Source: an uncultured Actinomycetes bacterium (GTDB lineage: Bacteria > Actinomycetota > Thermoleophilia > Gaiellales > JAICJC01). From it: 64,000 nt of DNA. The stretch's first letter is position 1; each line of letters starts with the position of its first letter. The notes under the pieces are model-generated. The model worked only from the letters and a program-made list of their open reading frames with translations, did not search any database and was not told the DNA's origin. Both the position numbers and the translations under genes were made by a program. The stretch covers positions 1,437,538 through 1,501,537 of the forward strand of contig CAVOFQ010000003.1 of the NCBI GenBank assembly GCA_963695025.1, read 5' to 3'. Shown here one piece after another: positions 1-11,070 of the stretch.

Positions 1-995
1 ACAGCACCCCCGCCCGTAGCATGCAGCCCGGCGTGTCGCCGTCGTCCTGCTGGGTGAGCGAGTTCTGCAGCGTGCCGGTGTTCGGATCGAAGGCGCTGAC
101 GTTGTACGACGTCCTGGTGCCGTTGACCTTCCAGTAGCCGCCGCAGGTGTAGATGTGGGACGGCGTCGCGATGAGGTGGTAGACCCGGCTGGTCTCGACC
201 GTCGTACACGCCGGGCAGTTGGCCGCCGCGTAGATGTTCGGGTTGAACGCGAGCACCTGGGAGCTGTTGGTGATCGGCACCGCCGCGGCCTCGTTGCGGG
301 CGACGCCGTTGACCAGTCCGAAGTGGCCGCCGAAGTAGACGCGCTGGCCGCAGGAACGCGATCGTGAAGATCCGCGGCGAGCAGCGCGGCGGGCAGGCAA
401 ACCCCGTGACCTGGCCGATCGCCGGCCCCCAGGCCGCGACCGGGGCACTCGCCGACCGGCCGATCTCAGCCAGGTGCCGGGCGCAACTTGCCGCCGATCC
501 TGGTGAAGTCGCCGCCGGCGAAGAGCTGGCCGTTCGGCCCCAGCCGCAGGACGAACACCGACCGGTTGGCACCCGGGTTCCACTTGCTCACAACTCCGCC
601 GAAGGACACCGCGGCCACGTTTGAGCGGGAGCGGCCGCCGACCGTGGTGAAGCTGCCGCCCAGGTAGACCCGCGTCGAGGTGACCACGATCGTCCGCACG
701 GTGCCGTTGGGGCCGGGATTCCACTTCAGGACCGCGCCGGTCTTGGTGTTGAACGCGGCGACGTTGTGGCGCGCGACCTCCTTCGGTGCCCGCCGCGGCG
801 CCCGGCGGGCGAACCGAGGTGAACTGGCCGCCCACGTACACGACGTTGCCGCGGAACGCGATGGCGCGCACCGTGCCGTTGGTCTGCCAAAACGCGGTCG
901 GCGGGAACGGGTTGGCCGCAAGCGCCTGCCCCGTCGCCCCCCCGATCATCCCCGCCACCGCGAACGCAACTGTGAGAGCCAGTCTCGAGTCGCAC
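1..995 (-). CDS. Secreted beta-propeller repeat protein (truncated by window edge, several indels)
   Basis: Joining frames gives a signal peptide (RLALTVAFAVAGMIGGATGQALAA) followed by repeats such as NGTVRAIAFRGNVVYVGGQFT, NGTVRTIVVTSTRVYLGGSFT and QLFAGGDFT with WNP linkers. Confidence 0.7.
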
Positions 996-1120
996 GGGAG
1001 GCACCCTAGCCGAGAGCCGTCCCAAAGCTTGGGTACGGGCTTGAATACTGGCATTTCCTTAACGAAATCGAGCACAGGCCGGTGCAGGGGAAGGGGAGGA
1101 GGCGCCGAACTTGCTCCTCG

Positions 1121-3439
1121 ATGACAAGGGCAACGACGCGAGCACGAAGTCGCGCCGCTGGCTCTCGCACGAAGACTCGGCGCCCGAGCACCCCCACCCG
1201 CCATTCGCCCCCCCGGCGGAAACGGGCGCCGAGTCGTTCGGCGCGCCAGCAGCGCACCGACCTCGTCGGAGGCGGCCTCCTCGCGCTGGGCGCGTTTCTG
1301 GGCTTCGTCGAGTACCTGGGCTGGGACGGAGGCGTCGTCGGCCTCAAGATCGATACCGCCATGCACCTGGTCATCGGCCGCGCGGGGGTCGTGGTGCCGC
1401 CGCTGCTCGTGGCGGTCGGGGCTGCCATTTTCCTGCACAGCCCGCTGACGCGGCTGCGGCCGCTGCGCACCGGGGCGATCGTGTGCCTCGGCACGCTGGT
1501 GCTCGCGCTTTCGACGACTGATACGAGCTCGGCCGAGCACCACGGCGGCCTCGTTGGCGCGTATGCGCGGGTCGGGCTCAACGGGCTCGTCGGCCCGATC
1601 GGCGTCTCGATCCTGGTCGTCCTCGGCGCGCTCGTCGGCGGCGTTCTGGTGACCGGCGCTTCCCTCGGAGTGGCGATGCGCGCGTCCGGCCGTCACGTCG
1701 CCCGCGCCGCGGGCGCCGGGATGCGGCTGTCGGAGGAGGTCGGGCGGCGCTACCGGGAACGCCCCGGGACGCGGCCGGTGCTCCACGCGGTGCCCACGCC
1801 GGAGCCCTCGCCGCCGCCCGTCGACGGGTCGCACGCATTCGCCGACCTCTACGGCCAGGTGCCCGAGCTCGAGGAACCCCCCGTACCGCCGTCCCTCGAG
1901 TACGACGCAGCGGCCGCGGAGGACGACGATCCGCTCGACGAGCCGACGCCCGTCCTGCCGCCGCCCGCGCCCGCCGCCGGCCGCGTGCCCTACCGGCTCC
2001 CGCAGCCGTCGATTCTGAAGCGCAGCGCGGCCGCCCGCGGATCCGCGCAGGACCACGACCGGGTCGCCCGCCAGCTGGTCGAGGCACTCGCGAACTTCGG
2101 CGTCGAGGCCCGCGTCATCGGCATGGTCAACGGGCCGCGCGTGACTCGCTACGAGCTGCAGCTCGCCCCGGGGATCAAGGTCAGCCGGGTGTCGCAGCTG
2201 CGCGACGACCTGGCCTACGCGCTCGCCACCACCGAGATCCGCATCCTCGCGCCCATCCCGGGCAAGCAGGCTGTGGGCGTCGAGGTCCCCAACCTGTCGG
2301 CCAACCTGGTCACGCTCGGTGACATCTACGCCGAGCCGCCCGCCGGCTCGAGCCCGCTCACGGCCTGGCTCGGCAAGGACATCTCCGGCCAAGGAGTCGC
2401 GTGCGACCTGGCCCGGATGCCGCATCTCCTGATCGCCGGCACGACGGGCTCGGGCAAATCGGGCTGCATCAACGCGATCCTGTGCTCGATCCTGCTGCGG
2501 GCCTCGCCCGACCAGGTGCGCATGATCCTGGTCGATCCCAAGCGGGTCGAGCTGAACCACTACGAGGCCATCCCGCACCTGCTGACGCCGGTGGTCACGA
2601 ACATGAAGAACGCGTCGCTGGTGCTGCAGAACGTCGTGCGCGAGATGGAGACGCGCTACGAGACCATGGGCGTCGCCAAGGCTCGCAACCTGGCCGAGCT
2701 GAACACGTCCCGGGCCGCGCTGGGGCGCGACACCCTGCCGCACGTGCTGGTCGTGATCGACGAGCTCGCAGACCTGATGATGGTCTCGCCGGCCGAGGTC
2801 GAAGACGCGATCATCCGCCTGGCCCAGAAGTCCCGGGCTGTCGGCATCCACCTGGTGCTGGCGACGCAGAGCCCGCGGGTCGACGTCATCACCGGCATGA
2901 TCAAGGCCAACGTCCCGTCCCGGATCGCGTTCGCCGTCTCGTCGCAGACCGACTCGCGGGTGATCCTCGACACCGGCGGCGCCGAGGCGCTCCTGGGGCA
3001 GGGCGACATGCTCTACAAGCCGCTCGGCACGTCCAAGCTGCAGCGCATCCAGGGCGCGTTCATCTCGGAGGGCGAGACCCAGAAGATCGTCGAGGCGTGC
3101 CGCCGCCAGGGCGAGCCCACCTTCGAGGAGGAGCTTCTGGAGCTGCCCGCCGACGTCGAGCCCGAGAGCCTCGATGCCGACGAGGACCCGGTGCTCGAGG
3201 ACGCGATCCGGCTGGTCGCCCAGCACCAGACCGCATCCGTGTCGCTCCTGCAACGGCGGCTGCGCGTCGGGTACACCCGCGCGGGCCGGCTGATCGACAT
3301 GCTCGAGCGGCGTGGAATCGTGTCCGGGTACGAGGGCTCCAAGGCCCGCAAGGTGCTGATCGCAGACACCGATCTGCATCGCATCCTCGGCGAGAGCGCG
3401 ACGCCGCTGCCCGAGCCGGTGGACGACATCACCGGCTGA
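1121..3439 (+). CDS. ftsK: DNA translocase FtsK/SpoIIIE
   Basis: N-terminal TM helices, Walker A GTTGSGKS, VIDELADLMM, C-terminal gamma domain (SLLQRRLRVGYTRAGRLID). Confidence 0.97.
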   Translation: MTRATTRARSRAAGSRTKTRRPSTPTRHSPPRRKRAPSRSARQQRTDLVGGGLLALGAFLGFVEYLGWDGGVVGLKIDTAMHLVIGRAGVVVPPLLVAVGAAIFLHSPLTRLRPLRTGAIVCLGTLVLALSTTDTSSAEHHGGLVGAYARVGLNGLVGPIGVSILVVLGALVGGVLVTGASLGVAMRASGRHVARAAGAGMRLSEEVGRRYRERPGTRPVLHAVPTPEPSPPPVDGSHAFADLYGQVPELEEPPVPPSLEYDAAAAEDDDPLDEPTPVLPPPAPAAGRVPYRLPQPSILKRSAAARGSAQDHDRVARQLVEALANFGVEARVIGMVNGPRVTRYELQLAPGIKVSRVSQLRDDLAYALATTEIRILAPIPGKQAVGVEVPNLSANLVTLGDIYAEPPAGSSPLTAWLGKDISGQGVACDLARMPHLLIAGTTGSGKSGCINAILCSILLRASPDQVRMILVDPKRVELNHYEAIPHLLTPVVTNMKNASLVLQNVVREMETRYETMGVAKARNLAELNTSRAALGRDTLPHVLVVIDELADLMMVSPAEVEDAIIRLAQKSRAVGIHLVLATQSPRVDVITGMIKANVPSRIAFAVSSQTDSRVILDTGGAEALLGQGDMLYKPLGTSKLQRIQGAFISEGETQKIVEACRRQGEPTFEEELLELPADVEPESLDADEDPVLEDAIRLVAQHQTASVSLLQRRLRVGYTRAGRLIDMLERRGIVSGYEGSKARKVLIADTDLHRILGESATPLPEPVDDITG

Positions 3440-3475
3440 TCCCGCAGGCGCCGGGCGCGGTTACGATCTGGCGCG

Positions 3476-4339
3476 GTGACCGACGACTGGTATGCGCGCC
3501 TGCTCGCGACGGGCCTGCTCGACGTGCTGGCGCCCTACCAGCCGGCGCTCGTCGGTGTGTACCCGCTCGGGATCGCGCCCGAGGGGGCTCCGGTCGAGGT
3601 CGTGTGCCGCGCGACCGACCTGCCCGCGTTCGGCCGGGTGCTCGAGAGTACCTACGGCGACCGCGAGGGCTTCGCGCTGTACGGGGGCCGGCTCGACGAA
3701 GAGCCGGCCGTCTTCGCGGAGTTCGCGCTCGACGGCCTCAAGCTCGAGGTCTCGGCACAGGCCGAGCATCTGCACCGTCGCCTCGGGGCCGCCACGCTGG
3801 GAATCTCCCGAGCGCTCGAAGAGGCCGGCCCGGTCACCCGGGCGCGGGTCGCGGCCATGGTCGCCGGCGGTACCGACTGGCTCGAAGCGGCAACCGCACA
3901 GCTCAACCTCAGCCGCTCGGCGCTCGAGTCGCTCTCGACCGCGAACCCGGTGCTGGTCGCGCGGGTCATGGGCGTGTCCGGGCCCGGGCCGAAGGCGCGC
4001 GAGTACACGATCGCCCTTCTGGTGGGCATCATCGCCGACCTGCTGATCGTGGCGGCCGGCGCGGCTCGCGGCTCGCAGGAGTACACCGGGATCATGTTCC
4101 TGATCGAGGCTGGGATCATGGGCGTGATCTTCGGCGCCCGGCTGGCCGTGCTCGCGTCGCTGACCCCGCTCGTCGCGATCGGCCTTCTGATCGGCGCGAG
4201 CGTGGCGGTCGGCAGCGAGACGTGCAGCCCGGACTGCGCCCAGCAGGTGGTCGACTACGTGTTCGTGGCCGTGATCGTGGGCAGCGCCGCCGGAGTCACC
4301 GGCCTGCTGCGCGACCGCTACTTCCCGCGGGCTGCGTGA
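3476..4339 (+). CDS. DUF4269-like domain fused to a C-terminal ~4-TM membrane domain
   Basis: LAPYQPALVGVYPLGI...VVC pattern resembles DUF4269; hydrophobic C-terminus; TACGAT -10 element just upstream of the GTG. Confidence 0.55.
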   Translation: MTDDWYARLLATGLLDVLAPYQPALVGVYPLGIAPEGAPVEVVCRATDLPAFGRVLESTYGDREGFALYGGRLDEEPAVFAEFALDGLKLEVSAQAEHLHRRLGAATLGISRALEEAGPVTRARVAAMVAGGTDWLEAATAQLNLSRSALESLSTANPVLVARVMGVSGPGPKAREYTIALLVGIIADLLIVAAGAARGSQEYTGIMFLIEAGIMGVIFGARLAVLASLTPLVAIGLLIGASVAVGSETCSPDCAQQVVDYVFVAVIVGSAAGVTGLLRDRYFPRAA

Positions 4340-5145
4340 TCCGCGCCGCGGCCCTCGTGCTCCTGGCCGCCGCGGCCGCCGGTTGCGGGTCCGACCTGGG
4401 GCCGGCTTCGACGGCGCCGGCGGCTCCGGTGCGGATCCTGCTCGTCGGGGGCTCGCCCGGGTTGGCCCAGGGCGTTCGCGACGCGATCGCCATGATCGGT
4501 GCGAAGAGGGTGACCGCCGTCTCGCGGGCCGATCTGGTGGTGACCGCGCAGCAGTCGGCGGCCGCCACGGCAGCCCGCGAGAACACGGGCACCCACGTGC
4601 TCGTGGTCGGTCAGCCACCCGCCGGGGCGGTGGCGGCCAACGTCCGCGTCGTCGAGTTCGACCGGGGGCAGCTCGCCTACCTGGCGGGCGCGCTCGCCGC
4701 CCTCCGCAGCGGCGACGTCGCGGTCGCCGAGCCAGGGTCGACCCTCGCTGCCGCATTCGCGGCCGGCGCCCACGCGGCGGACGGGGGTGCGCGGGCGACA
4801 TCGGTCACGTGCGGCGCGACGACCGCAGCCGCGGTCGTCTACATCCCCGACACGGCCTGCCGCCCACACGCGCCGGCCGCGCAGCTGATCGCGCCCGCGA
4901 ACCTTCCCGGTGCCACGATGCTGGCGGTCCTGCGGACGCGCCCCGAAGTGGTCGTCGCGGCGGCGGCCCGAAGCGTCCAGGACGGCGCGTTCACTCCCGG
5001 GATCGCGCTCGAGGGGCTGGGCGAGGATGCCATCGGGTTCGTCTGGGTCTCGGCGGAGGTCGGGCAGGGCGCAAACGCGCGGCTGCAGTCGATCGAGGAC
5101 CGGGTGCGCGCAGGGACCGCCAACGTCCCTTCCGTGGCGCCGTGA
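4336..5145 (+). CDS. Lipoprotein, divergent BMP/PnrA-like substrate-binding protein
   Basis: GTG overlaps the previous TGA; lipobox AAAGC; BMP-like motifs THVLVVG..NVRVVEFDRGQLAYLAGALAA. Confidence 0.6.
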   Translation: MIRAAALVLLAAAAAGCGSDLGPASTAPAAPVRILLVGGSPGLAQGVRDAIAMIGAKRVTAVSRADLVVTAQQSAAATAARENTGTHVLVVGQPPAGAVAANVRVVEFDRGQLAYLAGALAALRSGDVAVAEPGSTLAAAFAAGAHAADGGARATSVTCGATTAAAVVYIPDTACRPHAPAAQLIAPANLPGATMLAVLRTRPEVVVAAAARSVQDGAFTPGIALEGLGEDAIGFVWVSAEVGQGANARLQSIEDRVRAGTANVPSVAP

Positions 5146-5214
5146 GGTCTCACTGCAACGCTGCCGCCGACCGGAGTACACTGGCGGAACCGCCGCACAC
5201 GCGGCGTCTTTGTC

Positions 5215-6007
5215 ATGTTCGAGATCGGGAGCTCACTCAGGGAAGCCCGTGAACGCAGGAGCCTGAGCTACGGCCAGGTCGAAGCGGACACGGCTATCCG
5301 CACGCGCTACATCCGCGCTCTCGAGGACGAGGACTTCCACATCCTGCCCGGCCCGACGTATGCGAAGGGCTTCCTGCGGGCCTACGCGGAATACCTCGGC
5401 CTCGACGGCCAGCCGTTCGTGGACGAGTTCAACTCCCGTCATCACGACCCCCGCGGAGCCATCGAGCACCAGCCGATCACGTCGCGGCCACGCTCGCGTC
5501 CGCAGCAGCGGCGGCGCCAGCGGCGCGAGTCGAACCTGATCATGATCGCGCTGGCGGCCATCGTGGCGGTGTCGTTCCTGGTCGTGCTGGCCCTGCGCTT
5601 CCCGCCGCAGCCGACCGCTCCGTACAACACGAACACCGGCCCCACGACCTCGAGCACGCCCGCCACCACGAGCACTGTTCCCAGCCACGGCCCGTCGGGC
5701 CAGTCGAAGCTGTACTCGAGTCACGCTCACGCTCAGCGCGACGACCTGGGTCGAGGCGACCACCGGGTCACCGAACGGGCCGCCCGTCATCGCCGCCGGC
5801 GGCCTCGACCTGGGGGCCCCACACGGCCTCACGGTCGACCCGGCCAGCCATCCCACCATCACGTTTTCCTCGCGCAAGGCGATCTTTCTCGCCCTGGGCG
5901 CCCCGGGCAACGTGACGCTCGCAATCGACGGCCGCCAGGTGTCCCTGCCCAACGTGGCCTCGCCGCACCGGGTGCGCCTGACCGCCTCGGGCGCCCATCC
6001 GGCTTGA
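5215..6007 (+). CDS. RodZ-like HTH-TM-DUF4115 protein (indel near 5715)
   Basis: IGSSLREARERR...YAKGFLRAYAEYLGLD HTH and a TM helix; a shifted frame gives TWVEATT...LGAPGNVTLAIDG ending at TGA 6005-6007. Confidence 0.8.
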
Positions 6008-7281
6008 GCAGGCCTGCCGCCTCCATCCTGCTCACCGGCAATGAGCTCCTGCGCGGAGTGATCGCCGACCAGAACGGGTCATATCTGGCAGCCGCGCTCG
6101 AACGGCAGGGCTTTTCGGTGCGGCGCACGCTGGTGGTGGGGGACGATCTCGAGGACATCCGGGCGGGCCTGCGCCTGGTGCTCGAGGCCTCCGATCTCGT
6201 CGTGACATCGGGCGGCCTCGGCCCGACCCACGACGACCGCACGGTCGAGGCGCTCGCGCAGGTCGCCGGGGTCGAGCTCGAGCTCGACCCCGAGGTGCTG
6301 GCCCGGATCGACCGGTGGACAGACCAGGTCGCCGTGCGCTACGGGCTCGACCGCGACCGGTTCGACGCGGGCAACCGCAAGCAGGCGCGGATTCCCGCGG
6401 GCGCGGAGGTGCTGGGCATCGCCGGCACGGCACCGGGGCTCGTGATGACGATTGCCACGGCCCGGGTGGTCGTCCTCCCGGGCGTCCCGTCCGAGCTGCG
6501 GCGGCTGTGGGCCATGGCGCCCGACCATCCCTCGCTCGGGCCGCTGTTCGCCCGCTCCGAGCCGCGGCAGCGGTGGCTGATCCGCACCTACGGGATCGGG
6601 GAGTCGCACGTCGCCGACCTGTTCGCCGCGGCCGGCGGCGACCCGCCCGGTGTCGAGACGGGCATCTGCGCCCGCAACTTCGAGATCGAGATCGACATCC
6701 GCGCCGAGGCGGACGCGGCCGCGCCCGCCGCCACGCTGGCCGAGCGGATGACCGCCGGCCTGGGCGAGTACGTGTTCGCCACCGACGAGCGCCCCCTCCC
6801 CGAGATCGTGCTCGACCTGCTGCGGGCCCGCGGCTGGACGGCAGCCACGGCCGAGTCGTGCACCGGCGGGATGGTGGCCGCGCGTCTGACCGACGTCGCC
6901 GGCAGCTCCGAGGCATTCGTGGGCGGGGTGGTGGCCTACTCGGACGGACTGAAGCAGGGGCTCCTGGGGGTTCCGGCCGACCTGCTCGCCCGCCACGGTG
7001 CCGTCAGCCCGGAGGTTGCGCAGGCCATGGCCATCGGCGCCCGGGAGCGTCTGGGAGCCGATGTGGCCGTGTCTGTGACCGGCGTCGCGGGCCCGGGCGG
7101 CGGCAGCGAGGACAAGCCGGTGGGGCTCGTGTACCTGCACGTCTCGTCCCCTGCGGGCGAGGACGAGCGCCGGATGGACGTGCCGGGCGGCCGTGACATC
7201 GTCCGCTCGCGGGCGGCCACGGCTGCTCTGCAGATGCTGCGTGCGCACGTCGTGGCAGCTTCGGCGCACGTACGGCCTTGA
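6004..7281 (+). CDS. cinA: Competence/damage-inducible protein CinA (MoCF-like domain plus PncC NMN deamidase)
   Basis: TTG start overlapping the rodZ stop; GNELLRG, SGGLGPTHDD, AESCTGG, TGVAGPGGG motifs; lies upstream of recA. Confidence 0.93.
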   Translation: MSRPAASILLTGNELLRGVIADQNGSYLAAALERQGFSVRRTLVVGDDLEDIRAGLRLVLEASDLVVTSGGLGPTHDDRTVEALAQVAGVELELDPEVLARIDRWTDQVAVRYGLDRDRFDAGNRKQARIPAGAEVLGIAGTAPGLVMTIATARVVVLPGVPSELRRLWAMAPDHPSLGPLFARSEPRQRWLIRTYGIGESHVADLFAAAGGDPPGVETGICARNFEIEIDIRAEADAAAPAATLAERMTAGLGEYVFATDERPLPEIVLDLLRARGWTAATAESCTGGMVAARLTDVAGSSEAFVGGVVAYSDGLKQGLLGVPADLLARHGAVSPEVAQAMAIGARERLGADVAVSVTGVAGPGGGSEDKPVGLVYLHVSSPAGEDERRMDVPGGRDIVRSRAATAALQMLRAHVVAASAHVRP

Positions 7282-7324
7282 ACCGCGTCCGACCGGGGCT
7301 CTAGTATCTACGAACATCTGTTCG
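7278..7324 (+). promoter_or_regulatory. recA promoter with Gram-positive-type LexA (SOS) box
   Basis: TTGAAC (7278-7283)-N18-TAGTAT (7302-7307), followed by CGAACATCTGTTCG (7311-7324), matching GAAC-N4-GTTC. Confidence 0.85.
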
Positions 7325-7406
7325 GGAGCCGGCACGACGTCGGCCCCGGCTGCGACAATACGAGCGGCGCGCCGCGGGGACGCGCCGAGAGGAAGGTGGA
7401 GAACGC

Positions 7407-8537
7407 ATGGAGCGAGATAAAGCCCTCGAGGCCGCAGTCAGCCAGATCGAGCGCCAGTTCGGCAAGGGCGCAATCATGAAGATGGGAGACTCCCCGGCGG
7501 TGGCGATCGACGCCGTCTCGACCGGCGCGCTCTCGCTCGACGTCGCCCTGGGCATCGGCGGGCTGCCACGCGGCCGTGTGTGCGAGGTGTTCGGGCCGGA
7601 GTCCTCGGGCAAGACGACGCTGTGCTACCACGTGATCGCCGAGGCCCAGCGCCGCGGAGGACTGGCCGCGTTCATCGATGCCGAGCACGCCATGGACCCG
7701 GCGTACGCACGCCGCATCGGCCTCAACGTCGACGACCTGCTGCTGAGCCAGCCCGACAACGGCGAGCAGGCGCTCGAGATCGCCGAGCTCCTGATCCGGT
7801 CGGGTGCGCTGGATGTGCTCGTGATCGACTCGGTGGCCGCGCTCGTGCCCCGGGCCGAGATCGAGGGCGAAATGGGCGACTCCCACGTCGGCCTGCAGGC
7901 CCGCCTGATGAGCCAGGCGCTGCGGAAGATCGCCGGCACGCTCAATCGCACCGGCACGATCTGCATCTTCACCAACCAGCTGCGCGAGAAGATCGGGGTC
8001 ATGTTCGGGTCGCCCGAGACGACCCCCGGCGGCCGGGCGCTCAAGTTCTACTCGTCGGTGAGGCTCGACATCCGCCGCATCGAGACCCTCAAGGAGGGCA
8101 CCGAGGCGGTCGGCAACCGGGTGCGCGTGAAGGTGGTCAAGAACAAGGTGGCCCCTCCGTTCAAGCAGGCTGAGTTCGACATCGCCTATGGAGAGGGCAT
8201 CTCCTGGGAGGGATCCGTGCTCGACGTCGCGCTGGAGCACAAGCTGATCCAGAAGGCCGGCTCGTATTTCTCGTTCGACGATGAGCGGCTCGGACAGGGC
8301 CGCACCAACGTCAAGGCGTTCCTGGTCGAGCACCCCGACGTCACCGCCAAGCTGCTCGACGGCATCCAGGCGGCGCTGCCCGATACCGTCATCCCGCGGC
8401 GCGAGAGCGCCACCGGCGCCACGCCGTCGCCGGTGAAGCTTCCGACGACCGGATCGGGGGCGGGAGGCGACGAGGAGGACGACGACGAGCCTGCGGCCGC
8501 CAAGGCAAACGGGGCGTCGCTGGCTCCGGTCGAGTAG
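7407..8537 (+). CDS. recA: Recombinase RecA
   Basis: [35 protein letters not shown]. Confidence 0.99.
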   Translation: MERDKALEAAVSQIERQFGKGAIMKMGDSPAVAIDAVSTGALSLDVALGIGGLPRGRVCEVFGPESSGKTTLCYHVIAEAQRRGGLAAFIDAEHAMDPAYARRIGLNVDDLLLSQPDNGEQALEIAELLIRSGALDVLVIDSVAALVPRAEIEGEMGDSHVGLQARLMSQALRKIAGTLNRTGTICIFTNQLREKIGVMFGSPETTPGGRALKFYSSVRLDIRRIETLKEGTEAVGNRVRVKVVKNKVAPPFKQAEFDIAYGEGISWEGSVLDVALEHKLIQKAGSYFSFDDERLGQGRTNVKAFLVEHPDVTAKLLDGIQAALPDTVIPRRESATGATPSPVKLPTTGSGAGGDEEDDDEPAAAKANGASLAPVE

Positions 8538-8576
8538 CGAACGACCGGAGCGGAGCCAAGGCGGGCCGGGAGGAGC

Positions 8577-9197
8577 TTGATGGACACCGTCGTTGTCGGC
8601 CTACGCCGGCCGCGGGCCGGTGACCCCAGCGTCGAGGTGGAGTTGGACTCGGGCGAGCGGGTGCGGGTGCACGACCGCCGCCTGTCCGAGCACGGCCTGG
8701 CCGTGGGCGCATCCCTCGACCCGGCCACGCACGCGGCCCTCGTGCGGGCCGGCGCCGCCGATGCGGCCGAGCGGCGCTCGCTTGGCCTGATCGGCCGCCG
8801 GCCGCGATCACGGGCCGAGCTCTCCCGCCGCATGCGGGCGTGGGGGGTCCCGCGGGAGGATGCGGTGCAGGTGCTCGAACGCCTGCAGGGGATGGGAGTG
8901 CTCGACGACGCCGCACTGGCCTCGGCGATCGTCTCGAGCCGGCGCGCCCGCTCGTACGGGAGGCTGCGGATCGAGTCCGAGCTCGCCCGCCTCGATCTCG
9001 ATCCCGACGTCTCCGCCGCGCTGGCCGAAACGTCGCCCGGCGCCGAGGTCGACCGCGCCCGGGCGGCGCTTGGCGCCAGGCAGTCGGCGCGCACGAGCGA
9101 CCCGGCGGATCTGCGCCGCGCCGCGCAGTTTCTGGCCCGCCGCGGCTTTGACGGCGACACGGTTGCGGCCGCACTCGGCTTCGACGACGTCGGCTGA
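8577..9197 (+). CDS. recX: Regulatory protein RecX
   Basis: RPRSRAELSRR, LDDAALA, YGRLRIESEL, FLARRGF motifs; follows recA. Confidence 0.85.
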   Translation: MMDTVVVGLRRPRAGDPSVEVELDSGERVRVHDRRLSEHGLAVGASLDPATHAALVRAGAADAAERRSLGLIGRRPRSRAELSRRMRAWGVPREDAVQVLERLQGMGVLDDAALASAIVSSRRARSYGRLRIESELARLDLDPDVSAALAETSPGAEVDRARAALGARQSARTSDPADLRRAAQFLARRGFDGDTVAAALGFDDVG

Positions 9198-9254
9198 CCT
9201 CCGACCGGAGCGGCGGCCGTTGCCCAACCGGCCGCCCGTCGTCTACGATCCAAG

Positions 9255-9465
9255 CCGAGTCCGGCTTTACCAATGCCAAACACCCTCTCCTGCCGAAAGG
9301 CGGGTTGATTTGCACCGGTTCGCGTCCTCGATCAGTTCGGGTCCAACCTTCGCCTCGCGGAGACGGCCCGAGCCTCGGCACGCCCCGGTGGGCTGCGGGA
9401 CGCCGGGCGCGCATCCCTGATTCGATGACGGCCGCCGCTGCGGCGACGGCCACGCATAGAAGGAG
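9255..9465 (+). ncRNA. Candidate structured RNA / long 5' leader of rny (possibly 6S-like)
   Basis: Promoter TTGCCC-N18-TACGAT (9220-9249); nested pairings TCCTGC/GCGGGA, CACCGG/CCGGTG, TTCGGGTC/GGCCCGAG, CTTCGC/GCGGAG; alternative GAAA tetraloop hairpin. Confidence 0.35.
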
Positions 9466-9470
9466 ACCCG

Positions 9471-11001
9471 GTGGAGCAATTGCTGGTCGCGCTCGCGCTG
9501 ATCGCTTGGCGTGGGGGCCGGATTCGCCGTGCAGAGTCGGCGCCGGCGTCCCCAGATCGCCGATGCAGAGCGACAGGCGCAACGAATCGTCGAAGACGCC
9601 GAGCGACAGGCCGGCGCCCAGCTCAAGGAGGCCCAAGTGGCGGCCCGCGAGGAGCTGCTCGCCCAGCGCACCGAGCAGGAGCGCGACCTGTCCGAACGGC
9701 GCGCGGAGCTCGCCAAGGCCGAGGAGCGCGTCTCGGCCGCGCAGGCCCAGGCCGATCTGCGAGCCGATGAGCTCGGCCGGCGCGATCAGTCGATCGCCGA
9801 CCGCGAGGTGCACGCCAAGCAGCTGCAGGAAGACCTGAAGGCCGCGCGCGACGCCCAGCTGACATCGCTCGAGCGGATCGCCTCGATGACCGCGCTCGAC
9901 GCCCGAGACGCCCTGCTCACCCGCGTGGAGCAGGAGGCACGGTCGGACATGGCGAGGCTCGTACGCCAGATCGAGGAGGAGGCCCGCATCGACGCCGACA
10001 AGCGCGCCCGCAACATCCTCTCGGTCGCGATCCAGCGGACGGCCTCGAGCCACACCGCCGAGACGACCGTCTCGGTCGTCCAGCTCCCCTCGGACGACCT
10101 GAAGGGCCGCATCATCGGCCGCGAGGGACGCAACATCCGCGCCCTCGAGAACCTGACCGGCGTCGACGTGATCATCGACGACACGCCCCAGGCGGTGGTG
10201 CTCTCGGCCTTCGACGGCGTCCGCCGCGAGATCGCGAAGCTGACGATCGAGAGCCTCATCGCCGACGGCCGCATCCATCCCTCGCGGATCGAGGAGATGT
10301 ACTACCAGTCCAAGGCCGCCATCGAGCTGCAGATCGTGCAGGCGGGCGAGCAGGCATCGTTCGAGGCCAACGTCCACGGGCTGCACCCCGAGCTGATCAA
10401 GATCCTGGGCCGGCTGCGCTACCGCACGAGCTACGGCCAGAACGTGCTGAAGCACTCGGTCGAGTGCGCCCACCTGGCGTCGATCATGGCGGCGGAGCTG
10501 GGCGCGAGCCAGAAGACGGCCCGCCGGGCGGCGCTCTTGCACGACATCGGCAAGGCGGTCACGCACGAGGTCGAGGGCCCGCACGCCGTCATCTCGGCCC
10601 AGATGTGCAAGAAGTACCGCGAGTCGCCGAGCGTCTGCCACGCCATCGAGGCCCACCACCACGACGTCGAACCGCAGACGGTCGAGGCGGTGCTCGTGAT
10701 CGCCGCGGATGCGATCTCGGCGTCGCGCCCGGGCGGCCGCGGCGAAGCGCTCGAGCACTACATCAAGCGGCTCGAGACGCTCGAGAAGATCGCGACCGCG
10801 AAGGACGGCGTCGAGCGCTGCTACGCCATGCAGGCGGGCCGGGAGATCCGGGTGATGGTCAAGCCCGAGGAGGTCGACGACGACACCGCCGTCCTCCTGA
10901 GCCACCAGATCGCCCGCGAGATCGAGGACCAGCTCGAGTATCCGGGCCAGATCAAGGTGACGGTGATCAGGGAGTCGCGCGCCACCGAGATCGCGAAGTA
11001 A
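9471..11001 (+). CDS. rny: Ribonuclease Y (indel near 9510)
   Basis: SD AAGGAG, N-terminal TM helix, coiled coil, KH domain ([13 protein letters not shown]), HD domain (LLHDIGK), QAGREIRV. Confidence 0.96.
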
Positions 11002-11070
11002 ACCCGAGCACCCTGCGACGTTTACAGAAGGCTTACTGGACTCGGCCGAGCGCATGCCGATACACGTGAC

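Noticed and set aside
5215-7281. Apparent RodZ-CinA fusion (688 aa)
   Set aside because: An indel near 5715 explains it; the real RodZ C-terminus is in another frame and ends at a TGA overlapping the cinA TTG start
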